A stretch of DNA of 63,261 bases, the filler included, from Octopus bimaculoides (taxonomy: Eukaryota): assembly GCF_001194135.2 (NCBI RefSeq). It is 7 parts of 6 records of this genome, joined end to end, with 100 filler letters (N's around TTAATTAATTAA, not from the genome) between each part and the next. Parts side by side here need not be neighbours in the genome. Positions count along the whole stretch, not along the records: positions 30,475 to 40,641 come from NC_068983.1; positions 40,742 to 61,913 come from NC_068981.1; 5 more parts are not named here. One strand, 5' to 3'. This document shows, one piece after another, positions 37,321-50,848 of this stretch. The translations under genes were made by a program, and so were the position numbers. How positions within the stretch are numbered: position 1 is the first letter of the stretch; the number at the start of each line of letters is the position of its first letter. Under the pieces are notes generated by a model that ran no database searches, was not told where the DNA came from, and was given only the letters and a program-made list of their open reading frames with translations.

Positions 37321-38334
37321 AAAACAAAGAATTGTCAGGATAAAACATTAGCGTTAACGACTGTCAAACTTGGTGAATCTTATCAACCTGATAAATGCAC
37401 AGGAATAATGTGAATTGAAGTTCCTTGATCATGAACACACAACTCGCCGCCCGGTCCCAGAACAGAAACTTCCTTCTAATGATTATGTGCCTAACATCAT
37501 TGTCATCATCATTTTCTCAAGGTAGAATCTTGTAAATATATATTACCTTCCTTTTATTTTCTTCTCTTTGGCACCTTATTTAGAATTGAATTATTTTTCT
37601 GACAATTTTAAATCAAAATTTACAACATGCGATAATTACAACTTCTGTATCTCTCCCCTCTCCGTTTCCCTTTTGTGTTTGTGATTATTACAAGTATTAA
37701 CAAGATTAACCTATACTGCATCCGCCACGAACAATTAACGACCACAAATTAACGCACATCCCATATACTCCAGTTTATCTCAGCCTCACCATAATAACCA
37801 TGCAGCTATCCCCATCTACTATTTAACAAGTAGTGAATAGTTAATCCCAGTCAAATGAATCCCAACTGTTAGTCTGAGTTATTTTTAAGTAATTAGCTGC
37901 AACTGTTCATATCTCTGCGCACATACTTAACTATCTGTCTTCCCATCTACTAAATCGATTAAAAGCCAATCACTTACCGTACCACTCAATATCACCCAAA
38001 ATACTAATTAAACCCAGTAATCAAATTTTAACCTCCTTTCACTGACAACACATTGTTTGCCTAGCCACTACTCACTCACCAAGGACACCCTCGTATATGC
38101 ACGTGCCACTTCAGACCTCCAATAGCACTTGGCCCCAGTACGCCTTCAACCTCTCCTATACAGCCAGCCACGAATTTCCTCTATTACAAACAGCATCGAA
38201 TGTATGAAACGGGATCAAACTAACAAATTGAAAAATATTTAATCTTTCTAATTCCTGAAATAAATATTATTTAGACTTCTCATTTTTTTAGCAGTATCCG
38301 TACACAGTGATTAAACTTCCTCGATTGGCATACG

Positions 38335-38530
<196 letters not shown>

Positions 38531-38559
38531 AAACAAATGATAGAGACGGGAGGTAGAAT

Positions 38560-38780
38560 ACACAGGAAACTTTATTGCTCACGACGATCGTTTCGACACA
38601 TCCTGCATCGATCCTTTGCAGGCGGCAAAATATACACCTAGTTGCTGTGCATCCCTCGGTGCGGAAACGTCTAGCCAGTTCATGTAAATGAACTCTGTTA
38701 CGCTTGGATTTAAAACATGTTAGTGACGGTAGGTTTAAGCTGTTGGGCAGGAATGCCAAGGGACTGATTCTGTTGCGAAG
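38560..38780 (-). mobile_element. LINE-like RT terminus joined to a degenerate HHR-like end with AATAAA
   Basis: FRNRISPLAFLPNSLNLPSLTCFKSK resembles a CR1/L2 ORF2 end; followed by ...tcGAAACGATCGTCgtgagcAATAAA. Confidence 0.4.
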
Positions 38781-39301
38781 TCATAGATGCAGTCAGAGAG
38801 TAATTAAGAAAAATAAGAAAAATAAGAATAAGGAGAATAAACATACAAGAAAGTAAAACATTAGATGTATCAGTACAAATATATAGTTACTTCCATATTC
38901 ACACTTGTTCTTTGTACACATACACACTGACTCATACGCGCAGTTGAGTAGATGTCATTATATATCTGTGAGAAAAGGGGAGATTAAAATGTAGAAAATA
39001 TAAAAAGGTAATGATAGTTATAAATGATGGTGGCAGTGGTTTTACTGAAATGTCAGAGAGTAAAAGTGAAAAGAGAGAGGGAGAGGGAGAGTGAAAAGAG
39101 AAAGAAAGCTAGTTAGAAGTTTCAAAGAAGCTTGCTTCTTAGAAAGCGTGTGAGTTTTAAGTAAACATGTAGAAAAGCATGAAGTTGAGAGGGAAAAGAT
39201 GAGATGAAACACTATGAAACGTACCGACATTTACCCCTTTCTCCTTTCACAGAAACTCTTGAGATCTATAAATATGAATGTATATATACTTTTATATTTA
39301 T

Positions 39302-39342
<41 letters not shown>

Positions 39343-39946
39343 CGTGAGCATGTATTTATGTACGTATGTTTCATGGTTATCTGTAAACTAACCATCTTAC
39401 AGTTTTCAAAATAACTGTGGAATTACTTCGAGTACTGCTAGTAATTATTTATTACGTTATTCAAAATATATTTCCTGCAAATTCCTTTGATGAAATTTAA
39501 TTTTCTTCTTTTATTTATATTTTTCGTTTTCTATGCATATTTCTGCTTCTTCACTTAGTCCTTCCAACATTCAATTACGTTCTCATTTAATTTGATATCG
39601 ACCATTTATTTGCACCCATGTCACTAACAACAATTAATATTAACTAATATCAGAGCTCTTCCTTATGTTCCTATTACCTTCAATTCCTCCCACACGTATC
39701 TACTACCAATGATATGAAATAACATCGACTAGCTTTTCAAGTACAGTTCTTTCATTTTCAAACTGCGAATAATCTGCAAACAAATCTGATTTTCATGTCT
39801 CCCAAATTTTAATGTACCACATGTAAAAAGAAAATCTTGTTAAGGTAATTAGACGCATTATTTTTAAAGTAATGGATCTAATGTAATGCATCGTATTAAC
39901 ACTTTCTTCATCTCGAACATTGATGTTCTTTTGATATTTTCTACAG

Positions 39947-40009
39947 ATCATTGAACAGAATAAGCACATGAAATTTCCATTTGATAATGCTACTTCTCAT
40001 ACCATATTG
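39947..40009 (+). CDS. Candidate 63-nt internal exon (IIEQNKHMKFPFDNATSHTIL)
   Basis: Pyrimidine-rich acceptor ttttctacAG, donor TTG/GTAACA, length divisible by 3, open in phase 0; no recognisable homology. Confidence 0.35.
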
Positions 40010-40786
40010 GTAACACATTTTTCTTCATTATTGTTACAATTTTCTTGCTTTCTCGTACATTCATTGTAAGACTTTACTTACAAACAGCAACATTCACAAG
40101 GATGCATAGATACCTGCAGTCATACACACATACACACATACACCAAACATCCATATCCATACATACGTACGTACATATATACGTACGCATATACATACAT
40201 ACATACATACATACGTACATACATACATACATACATACATATGTTTATACGTAGGCGGAGGTTTGGTTTAATCACCCCATAACTGATAGGAAACAAAAAG
40301 ATTATGGCAGATAAGAGCAAAAACGTAAAAACATTAAGATTTTGAAACATCTTTTTAACATCGTAATTTTTGTTGTATGAAAGACAAGAAGACCACTAAA
40401 GGAAGAGAAATATTAGGTTTTTTTTATCTCTAAGATGTGGTACGTCTAATCCGAAACTCCACCTAATATACACATACATTCATGCATTCATAGAAAAGGA
40501 CTTTTATACATATATGCTTGCACATATATACCTAAACGCATGCATCCATTCATGTACGTCTACATATGTAAATAAATACATACAATCATACATGTATACA
40601 CACACACACACATACGCGTATATATATATATATATATATATNNNNNNNNNNNNNNNNNNNNNNNNNNNNNNNNNNNNNNNNNNNNTTAATTAATTAANNN
40701 NNNNNNNNNNNNNNNNNNNNNNNNNNNNNNNNNNNNNNNNNTTTCCTTTTCAGATATCGGAAAAAGGCAATTAAAATCCATTAAAA

Positions 40787-41575
40787 TTACACATCTAGCG
40801 GACTTTCAAAGAGGTCAAATTGTTGGTGCTCGCATGACAGGCGCTAGCGTAACGAAAACAGCAGAAATGTTTGGTGTATCAAGAAGTACTCTCTCGAATG
40901 TAATGGCAGCCTTTGAGAAAGAGGGAAAAACCTCCTCACTGAAACAAAACGCCGGACCAAAACCAACATTTTTAGATAGGGACCGTCGGATTCTTACGCG
41001 AATTGTTAGAAAGGATCACAAAAGTACAGCTCCCAAAATTATTGGGAAACCCAGTTTCCACAAAAACTGTTCGCCGGGAGCTGTACAAAGCCGGATTTCA
41101 CGGGAGGGCTGCAATCAGAGAACCACTACTTTCAACAACAAACGTCACAAAGCGTTTAGAGTGGAGTAAAAACCTACAGAATTGGTCCCTAGAGCAGTGG
41201 AAAAATGCTATTTTCTCGGAAGAGTCATCCTTTACCTTATTTCCGACCACCGGTTGAGTATACATGTGGATACAGCTAAACGAAGCATTTGACCCAGACT
41301 ACTTTCTTCCAACTCTTAAACATGGAGGAGGATCTGTGATGATATGAGGATGGGGGGTATATCTTGGAAATCCGCTGGCCCAATGGTTTCCATTCATGGC
41401 AGAATTAATAGTTAAGACTATGTAAGCATTTTATCTGATCAAATTCAATCTATGGTTGTAGAACTGTTTCCGGAGGGAAACTCAATCGTCCAGGATAATA
41501 ATGCACCAATTCACATACCTAAAGTAGAATTCAGGCTGTAATTGCTGCCAAAGGCGGTCCTACCCCGTACTGAAA
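40787..41575 (+). mobile_element. Decayed Tc1 (DD34E-type) transposase with internal deletion
   Basis: DFQRGQIVGARMTGASVTKTAEMFGVSRST..VRRELYKAGFHGRAA..QWKNAIFSEESSF..KHGGGSVMI..QDNNAPIH. Confidence 0.9.
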
Positions 41576-41859
41576 TAAATATATACATATATTAACGTAT
41601 ATTTTTATGTTGAGATATAATAAAGACAATTTTACGTTATCATGGGTTAGTTTATACTTTTGTAGAGTACAAATTTATTACTTTTAAACATGTATGTTTT
41701 TGACAGTGACTATGAAGTTTCCGCTAGCTTAGGCAACGTTGCATTCGTACACATTAAATGTAATCTCCCTACTCCGAAACCGAGGGTTCAACAACGTCTT
41801 GCTGAGAAACTTGCACAGATAATTTGTTATAGTGTTCAAATGTTTGTCCTGAACGTTAG

Positions 41860-42015
41860 CTTACTCTTACCACCAAATCGACTGATATCGACGTGTCCGC
41901 AGCGTACGTGGCATAAAGTGTTTTGGTTAAGAACACAACACACCGCCTTATCTGGGAATCGAACCAGCGATCTCGCACTCATGAGAGCAACATCCAAACT
42001 ACTAGGACATGCGCT
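41860..42015 (-). mobile_element. tRNA-derived SINE head fragment (unclassified)
   Basis: Minus strand gagcgcatgtcctagtagtttgg...gctggttcgattcccag (A/B-box-like). Confidence 0.5.
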
Positions 42016-42140
42016 CTCTGTCTTTAATTACTTTTAAAAAAAATTAGAAAAAAGACAATAAGAAAAAAGAAAACAATGCGAAGACGTGGTACATGCAAAA
42101 TATTAATATGACGTTCAGAGAAGGAAAGAAGGTGGTCTTT

Positions 42141-42568
42141 ACGTTTCGAGCAAAGCTCTTCTTCGGAAAGATGAGACATAGGAAAGTCCAAAAGAAAAGG
42201 ATGAGGAAGGAAAACGAATCACTAACAGTTCACGTGTAGTTACATAGATTTTTCTGAATGTGTGTGTGTGTGTGCGTACTGACAAACACATATGGATGCA
42301 TAGTTTAAATAATATAATTTCCGACTTGTATATATTAATTACAAATACTACCTACGTTTCGAGTAAAGCTCTTGTTCGGAAAGAGGAGACACAGGAAAGT
42401 CCAAACGAAAAAGAAGGAGGAAAAAGTATCGCTAACAAACCACGTGTAGTTACATAGATATATCTGAATGTGTGTGTGCGTGTGTGCGCGCTTACTGACA
42501 ATCACATATGTATGTATAGTTAAATGATATAATTTCCGACTTGTATATATTAATTACAAATGCAACCT
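42141..42568 (-). repeat. Diverged ~214-bp tandem duplication; each unit carries a degenerate PLE-type HHR-like motif
   Basis: 42141-42353 aligns with 42354-42568; minus strand cttt-CCGAAGA-a-gagc-ttt-gctc-GAAACGTA at 42136-42170. Confidence 0.7.
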
Positions 42569-45494
42569 ATATAATTTTTCATTACCGTCGGCATAAAACT
42601 CCGCGTAGTTATGATTAGCTAAAAGATCATTTTAAAATATTTTCCATAAAAATCGTATACATAAAAAAAAATTAGCAAAAATAGCGTGATAAATGTAAAT
42701 AACGAGATAAAGACGTCTTTCCTAACCCGATAAAGTAGGATTCTATTTAATCTAATTGCTGTTCATGACCTGTCTGCACGAATTATATACTGATTGGTTA
42801 GGTAGTTGTAGGGTGTTCATGTGAGCTATATAGAGGGACATTTAGCAAAACGGCTCTATTTTTATTTTTATTTTTGCAAAGTACTGTCTTTGAGGTTGGA
42901 AACTGCTTTGCAAAGCATTGAAATATTATTCCTGATTGCCCTTTTGTAATGTTATTAATGTTGTTCCCGATTCCCATTTTGTAATGTTTTGTAAAGCCTT
43001 ATGGTTTTTCCTTCCTGGCTTGTTATGGAATAGGGGGCCTGCATAAAATCTTAGAGATGTTCGAGGGTATTGGAATGCTCCTCTTGACCATTTTCATCTC
43101 AATATTTGCATGATAAACATGGGTACGAAATGCTTTGACAGATTTTTCCATCTGGAGAGGAAAATGTCGTTGTAGTGAATAGTACGGCGTGTAAGGAATA
43201 CTGGATATCATATGACTAAGAAAAGGAAACATGACGAATGTATTGCGTATGTTTGAAATAAGATGGTACTGAACCAGCTATTTCTGATTTCCGATTACCA
43301 GAAGCTACTGTAGAACCAGTAGGGAGAGGAAACTACGTGCGTGAGAGTGCTGTTAAGCGATTTCATGCTATTCAGTCACATGGTCTTTCTTAACGGTGGG
43401 TCCTACGATTTTGTGAATCTTCTGAATAACAACGTGGGCTTATGTTTGTAAAATATATCTTGTATGCTGAAGTAAGCATGCTGCAGGCATGTCCAACTAT
43501 CCATCTTTGCCGTTATGATGTCTTTAATTTTGCAGTTAGATATAGACAGATCAGTAAAAGAAAAACAATCTGAGTCCCTATTAGGACACAAATTACTATG
43601 TAAACTAAACAAATGTAAACACCTTAAAAAGGGAGATAGTACATTGAATAACATAGTCCGTGTGAATGTATTCCGTTTGCAAAGAAAAGAATTTTTTCAA
43701 TCACAGATTACCCCTATCAGAGCAGAGGTACGACTAAATGTCAGAAAAATAATTAAGTGGAGCAGATGTTTTTTGATGGCAGAGTGTTTTAAAGGATACT
43801 ACATTAAAAGACGGTCTAGCTCAGTAGTATTTTGATCATATGATTTCAAAATGCTACGTATGACATTCAAACATACAGAAGATGAAGTTTTTCTAGTAAA
43901 AATATATGTAATTAGTTTTCAATATCAAAAGGGCTCACGTAGTTTACAAAAATTTCATGAGTAGCCTGCCACCTCCAATCAAACAAAAAATCTCAACAAT
44001 AATCGATAGCCATGCTCGATGCTGAGATATAGGATATCTCTCAGACTACCGTCTCAAACCTTGGCGTTTCGCAAATACCAGCTTGATTCGTATCCTGATG
44101 TCATCTAGTTGTAGCTTCTTTTTCAGTCATGGGTCTCAATCTTTACGGAGAATGTTCAAATTATCTACTTGGCCAACACTGAGTCGTGGCCATTCCGGTT
44201 GCGGTCATCCTGCCTTTTACTCATGCGTAATAACAGTAACAGTTGTGTAATGTACCCCTTTAAGATACCAGCGTGCAACTTGTAGATTTGATTGATATTT
44301 CTAGCCAGTTCAACGACTACCTTGGGCGTCCATCATTCGTATTTCAATGGGATGTGAAGATGATAGATTCTAATGAGACTTTTTTCCCCTCTTGCATGTA
44401 TCAGTTATTTACGTCTCGAGTATGTTCAGGAACGGTTATCGCTTTGTAATTTAAGTGGGCACCTAGAGGTCGATCTACCTCCTCGACTTTAAGTCGCCAA
44501 CAACCGTAAATGTCAGACCCCATCTTCAATATCTCCTGACACTTAGAATACGTTTGATATGGATTTTTATGTGTGTTATTTATGAGTGTTTCCCTAAGCA
44601 TTATTCCATTTGATTGAATTTAAAAGCTCCCCATGAGAGATAGAAACATCAGATATTGCATTATCATGAATCGTTTATAAAAAAGGAAAACGTTAAAAAA
44701 GTATATAGCATGACACACAAATTGTGCTTATACACATAAAATTCGACAACTTTTAGATTTAGCAAAAACGTTTCCCTATCGCAAAATCTCTGGTAGGAGA
44801 GAAACGACATTACTGAGAGGATATGTATAAATGTATATATGCACGCAAACAAATATAAAAAATGCATACATACATATATTATACACACATTAATTTGAGT
44901 ATACACATATAATTATACACACTAGTTTGCATGTATATATATAAATATAAATAAATATATATATATACATATATATACATATATACATACATAAACATCC
45001 ACACACACATACACGCATATTGTGATATAAAGAGCACTTAGTCTCTACATAGTTCTTGCTATCTATAATATATGCGTTGTCTATATGTTTTCTCCTACTT
45101 TATATATTATCTATTATCTCGAAAATTTTGCATGTAAGAATACATATACCAAAGCATTGTTTTATAACGTTTAAAGGGAGATGTAAGTGCATAAAATTTG
45201 AAGGGATAAGCAAAAAGTAAATGATGAAAATAACATGTAAACATACTAAAAAACACCGAATTATGAACAATTGTGAAATGACTTTTAAATGTCTATGAAA
45301 GGAATCAAAATTTGCGAGAAAATGTTCTTCGAAAGTATTTTGATTTTCTACGCGAATATTATTTCCAATACACATTTAAAATTTTAATTACTATAACCAC
45401 ACTGTCATGGCCAAAAAAAATCATTCTATTGGTGAATGGATAAGAGAAAGAAGTGAATAAAGTTTAAAGGGAATGAGAATATATATAATATATA

Positions 45495-45603
45495 ATATCG
45501 TGTCCGAAGTACACTGTGCATTGTTTACTCAAAGGATAGCCCAAATCAAATCTTTGGGCTATCCTTTTAGTAAACAACGCACAGTGTACTTCGGACACGA
45601 TAT
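45495..45603. repeat. Near-perfect 51-bp inverted repeat with a 7-nt loop
   Basis: 45495-45545 vs 45553-45603: 49 of 51 positions complementary. Confidence 0.95.
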
Positions 45604-45798
45604 GATATATATCCACCTTTGCTACTACAATTGTCTCCGGAAAATACCGACAAGGATTATTTACATGGACGTTTACAACTGGAATGAAGCTACACTCCAA
45701 GTACTGTTTCTTCTTTGTTCTTTTTTCAGCGCATCACTCTCACTTCCTACTACAACTCTCCTCTTATAGATGTAATAATCCATTCTTCTACTATTACC

Positions 45799-45847
45799 GT
45801 CTCCGATGAAGGGATACATTGGATTTTCCCTGAAACAGCTGTAAGAC
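45799..45847 (+). ncRNA. Minimal type I hammerhead ribozyme motif (one core deviation, U4C)
   Basis: GUCU-CCGAUGA-AGGGA(12-nt loop)UCCCU-GAAAC-AGCU-GUA-AGAC: 4-bp stem I, 5-bp stem II, palindromic stem III (ACAGCUGU). Confidence 0.7.
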
Positions 45848-45879
45848 TTTATCCATAAAATATATTTCTNNNNNNNNNN

Positions 45880-45917
<38 letters not shown>

Positions 45918-47295
45918 TACAGACACATCACACACACACATGCTCACATACATATTATATATACTGTTCGCCTTTGATCTGATCAGTAAGAAAGTGTAAG
46001 AAATATCCAGGGAGAGATAAACATCATTCAATGTGTGTAGGCAAGAATTATAACTGAGCTACTTCAAGTTTTACGCTCAGATAGTTTAGTCATTGTTTAC
46101 GATACGAAGATACCTAAAAAACAATAAAGTGTTAATAGGAATCGTTAAGTAAAGATTTCAGGAATAAGGTCACAAAGGACATGACTCCTTAACTCATTAA
46201 CTAAAAAATATTCTTAAAGTTCAGTGGTTACATCCATGCCTAATGTAGTGGACGATTTGTGAAAAGATTTAAATACATTAAACCAGGCATCTGATCCGGT
46301 GAGCGGTTGTTTTCTGGTTCGCAGTTTTGTACTACATGTATGCATCCACTATACATCTTGGACAATTACTGTTCTTGAGTTTAAGAGTTTAGTGCAGTTC
46401 TTCCATCCGGCACAATTCTGACTCTTTTCTGTGATGGCGTGTGGTTTACCGCTATCATTTAGGTTCCAGATATGATTTGGTAGCTGTGTGCTTTGGAGAA
46501 TATTATAACCAGTATCAAAATTCTTAATATAATAACTATAAGTATTTCGAAATTCTGAAGTAAACATATCTCTGACACGTTAGTCCTTACTAAAAGCATA
46601 CACAAAACTGGAGAAATTTGATGATCCCGAGTGTAAACACAACTCCAGACCCTTGGATAAAGGAAAGGTGGTTAACTATATCATTTGGTTATTATCAGCA
46701 GACTCAATAGTCCTTAAATCTAACTAGCAGATTTTTCCATTTAATTGATAAGCTTTTATCTGAAGATATAGAAAACTGTTCAACATACACGAAAAAAAAA
46801 CCTTATGTTTGCAGCTAATATGAACACTGTTATACACTGTAAACCTACCATTTCTACTGATGAAGATCATTTGGAGACATTAAAACATTCTTGATATATT
46901 GTTCCTATGATTCAGGAACCACATAGAAGGAATTAGTTAACGAATCTCAGTTTCCATACAATTTTTAAAAAAGACTATTAACAGAACCAAAGAAAAGTCA
47001 CGAAAAGTTAGGATAATCGTAATTCTTCATTCAAAATCTCTGAAATGCAAGATGCAAAAATTGTTTTTTTAGATTTATAAATTACAGTATCAACTTAAAG
47101 ATTGAAAAAAAAAATAAAGAGAACAAGATATTTAAAATTCAGTGTAACACATATGAAATATGTAGTACGGAGAATTTACTGATCCTCGAAAAAATGAACA
47201 CAGCCAGAAATATGATCAAACATTAGGTCTAAATATTTCGGAAGGCATGCAAATAAAGTCATTCTACGAAATTGGGTAGTTACCTCTAGCTCATA

Positions 47296-47339
<44 letters not shown>

Positions 47340-48195
47340 AACACACACACACACGCGCGCGCGCGCACACAAAAAATCACACATACGCACACACGTATAC
47401 AATCATATCTATGTATACATAGATACAGATATACGACTATATTCATGAATATCTATTTGCTCATCTTATGTACAAACGTTTATATATAATGCGTATATAT
47501 ACGCAATGTTATGTGTGCATTCACACATATGCACACACATACATATATAACTATATATACGTAAAAATATGCGTATACATTTGTGTGTGTCTACGTCTGT
47601 GTGTGTGTGTGTATACGTAAACATGTACATATGCATACAGACAGACACACATAAAACTATGAATGAAAGTATATATGGTGTAAGAAATGTCTGTAAGCTT
47701 TTTCTATGTCTCAGGCTTAAATTGCTACTTATGAGTAAATTTTTGCTAATAATAACTCGAATAGTATAGTACTTATAAGGTACTTAAGAAACATATGTAA
47801 GCATTGAAGCCTAATACATTGAAAAATGATATACGAATGCCTCAAGAAAAACAACAGAAAATGTGCAACTTAGAATGCAAAGAAAACGAAGGAAAAAATA
47901 TCTACAAAATAGCGATTGGCTCTTAATAAGATATAAGGAGAGAATCGATCTATTCAACAATTCGATTCATATAAAAAAAAATCTTTTTGAAACCCACAAC
48001 AGCATTGATTAGAAGTCTGTAATATAATAGTAATAGAAAACAATTAGAAAAATCTTTACTGCTAATAACCGAACGGAGCATGAACTGAATAAGAAAAATA
48101 AAATAAATAAAGATAAAATATGCAACAATAATAACAGACAAATCACATCCACAACAACAACAAGAACAACAAATATTAACACTGATGATGATGAA

Positions 48196-48251
<56 letters not shown>

Positions 48252-48804
48252 TAATAATAATTACAACAACAACAGCAGTTTTGCTAAAAGCAACAACACT
48301 AACGCAAGAACAACTATTCCAATCAGCCAATTCTAAAGTTACAGACGCTGTGTGCAAAGCTGCGAATGATTGGATATTTAGGTTGAGTGTTATTGATTTA
48401 TTTGTGGCAAGAACGTTGAGCATATTAACACTAATCCATTCCTATAATTATAAGTAGTTAAGATCACATACCGTGTCCTAAATCTCGGATTATCAGAAAA
48501 GTTGATTCATGTTACAGTCCTAAGAACGTTTATAACCTGTCCGCTAAGATGGGAAGGATAGAGGGGAGGCGAAAGGAAAAATTTAAAAACCAGAGGTCAA
48601 CAGAGAAGCTATAAAAATCCCTGATGTAGACTTTTGCAAACGTTGTATATATGTGTAGAAATATATATATGAATGAACACACACACACAAAACCAGCTGA
48701 TAGAAGTTAATACACATATACCTTAGAATAAAGTGTCAAGTGAGTGCAAAGCATATCAATGAGTGAATAAAGAACAGAAAATGTTATCACTTTCATTAAC
48801 TTAT

Positions 48805-49178
48805 GTTTTGTTGGCACTCCGTCGCTTACGACGTTGATCCGATCAACAAAACAGCATGCTCGTGAAATTAAGGTGCAAGTGGCTGAGCACTCCACAGACA
48901 CGTGTACCCTTAACGTTGTTCTCGGGGATATTCAGCGTGACACAGTGTGACAAGGCTGGCCCCTTTGAAATACAGGTACAAGAGAAACAGGAAGAAAGAG
49001 TGAGAGAAAGTTGTGGTGGAAGAGTACAGCAGGGTTGGCCACCATCCCCTGCCGGAGCCTCGTGGAGCTCTAGGTGTTTTCGCTCAATACACACTCACAA
49101 CGCCCGGTCTGGGAATTGAAACCGCGATCCTATGACCGCGAGTCCGCTGCCCTAACCACTGGGCCATTGCGCCTCCAC
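48805..49178 (-). mobile_element. SINE family A, full length, 11-bp TSD
   Basis: Reverse complement of the 16502 copy (with a small deletion); cattaacttat at 48794-48804 and 49179-49189. Confidence 0.92.
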
Positions 49179-50806
49179 CATTAACTTATTATAACCAATG
49201 AAAGTGAATGCAGGAATTTCAACAGGTTGGACCACAATATTTCTTAGTATAGAAACAACTCTAAGCTCATGAATGTGATTAAATAACTCCTATTATTTTC
49301 TCATTCATTAATTGATACGTACATATACGAATGCACACACATGGGAAACATTAATCGTGCAAGACAACGAAACAATTGTCAATAAGCGTCGTGCACATTG
49401 CTATAAACTATACGTGTTATGATCATAATAGTGGACGCAGTAGATTGCCATTAAGAGGAGAACCAATTTGCTAGCGGCTGGCTCTCCGGTATTTTATGAA
49501 ATTTGTAATCTACCGATACCAACGCAAAGCTTCTATGTATTTCACTATACACAAACACAAAATCATTAGATATCTGCTTTTCTCTGGAATAATTCACATT
49601 TAATTAAAATACAGAAATTTTTGAAGTAGGTTTGATTGGGATTAACTATGCTAATACCTGTATCAGAAAGAGTGGTAACATAATTATTGCAATAAAATAA
49701 TTCTCTTCTGTGATGCAATAACATGACACAATCAATGGATGGCGAAAATTAGAGGTTGGCAAAATAATTTTTCCAGTAAGGAATAATTCTACAGAGGATA
49801 AAGTTATATTTCAATTGTACCCAACAAAGCGTCTTGGTTAAAACGGATAGACTACTTTGACATGTCCATAGCACCAATAATATCTGTTTGAGGGACACTA
49901 TTTATATATTTAGTCGTACAAATAAAACTTATAGTATTTTATAAAGATACACTTTTAGAAATAAGATATATATTTTGTGTTATTCTGAAACGGATCATAT
50001 GTAAAATGCTTTCTAACATGAGGAAAAACGATTCACATTTTGACGAAGATGTGGTGTCAGATTCTAAAGTATTGTAGCCAAATAATGTAAAAATATTTAT
50101 GTCGCTGCTCCACAGATTCTACTAAAGCTTGCGTAAGTTTATAGCAATTAAATAATCTGCATAGAGTTTATAACTGGTACATATTTTATTGACCTTAAGT
50201 AGGTGAAAATTAAATTCGACCCTGGTTGTTTTAAAATACAAAAGTTAAAGGTACATTTTTCTATGGGGTTGACTGGCTTCACTTCCAGTCTGTTGCACTG
50301 TTAGCGTATATTTAACTGAAAACTACAGAATAGCTCATAGTACTCAAATTTCCGTGAAGCAGCGCCTAGTAAAATATGGCACAAAATCGATTGTGATCGA
50401 GCACGTTTAAAAATAAAATGCTTCCAATGGTATATTATTATATTTATTGTATCTGGAGAAAGCGTAATAGAATTGATGTATAGAAAATTTTCCAACCTCT
50501 TTTGATATGACTACTTTTAACGAAGTTAAGAAAAGATAAGTAATCGGGCCAGTACCTGATATTATAGTCATGGAATTCAGAATACATTTAACTCTCTTTC
50601 AAATATTTATGCGACTCCTGTTAAGCCATTATGTGGCAATAGTTATTGCTCTAACTGCATGGTTTTCTGCCGGACAAGGAGTAACTGTCTCAATATATTG
50701 GGACTCACATATGTATACAGGTATACACATATATGCAGACAAGAACATAGAAACACATAAGTGTATCTATGTACATACACACTAAGTTATATCAGCTTAG
50801 AGAAAA

Positions 50807-50843
<37 letters not shown>

Positions 50844-50848
50844 CAGTG

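Noticed and set aside
38640-38680. Plus-strand CTGTGCA...GAAACGTC as a hammerhead
   Set aside because: Two core mismatches and no stem II.
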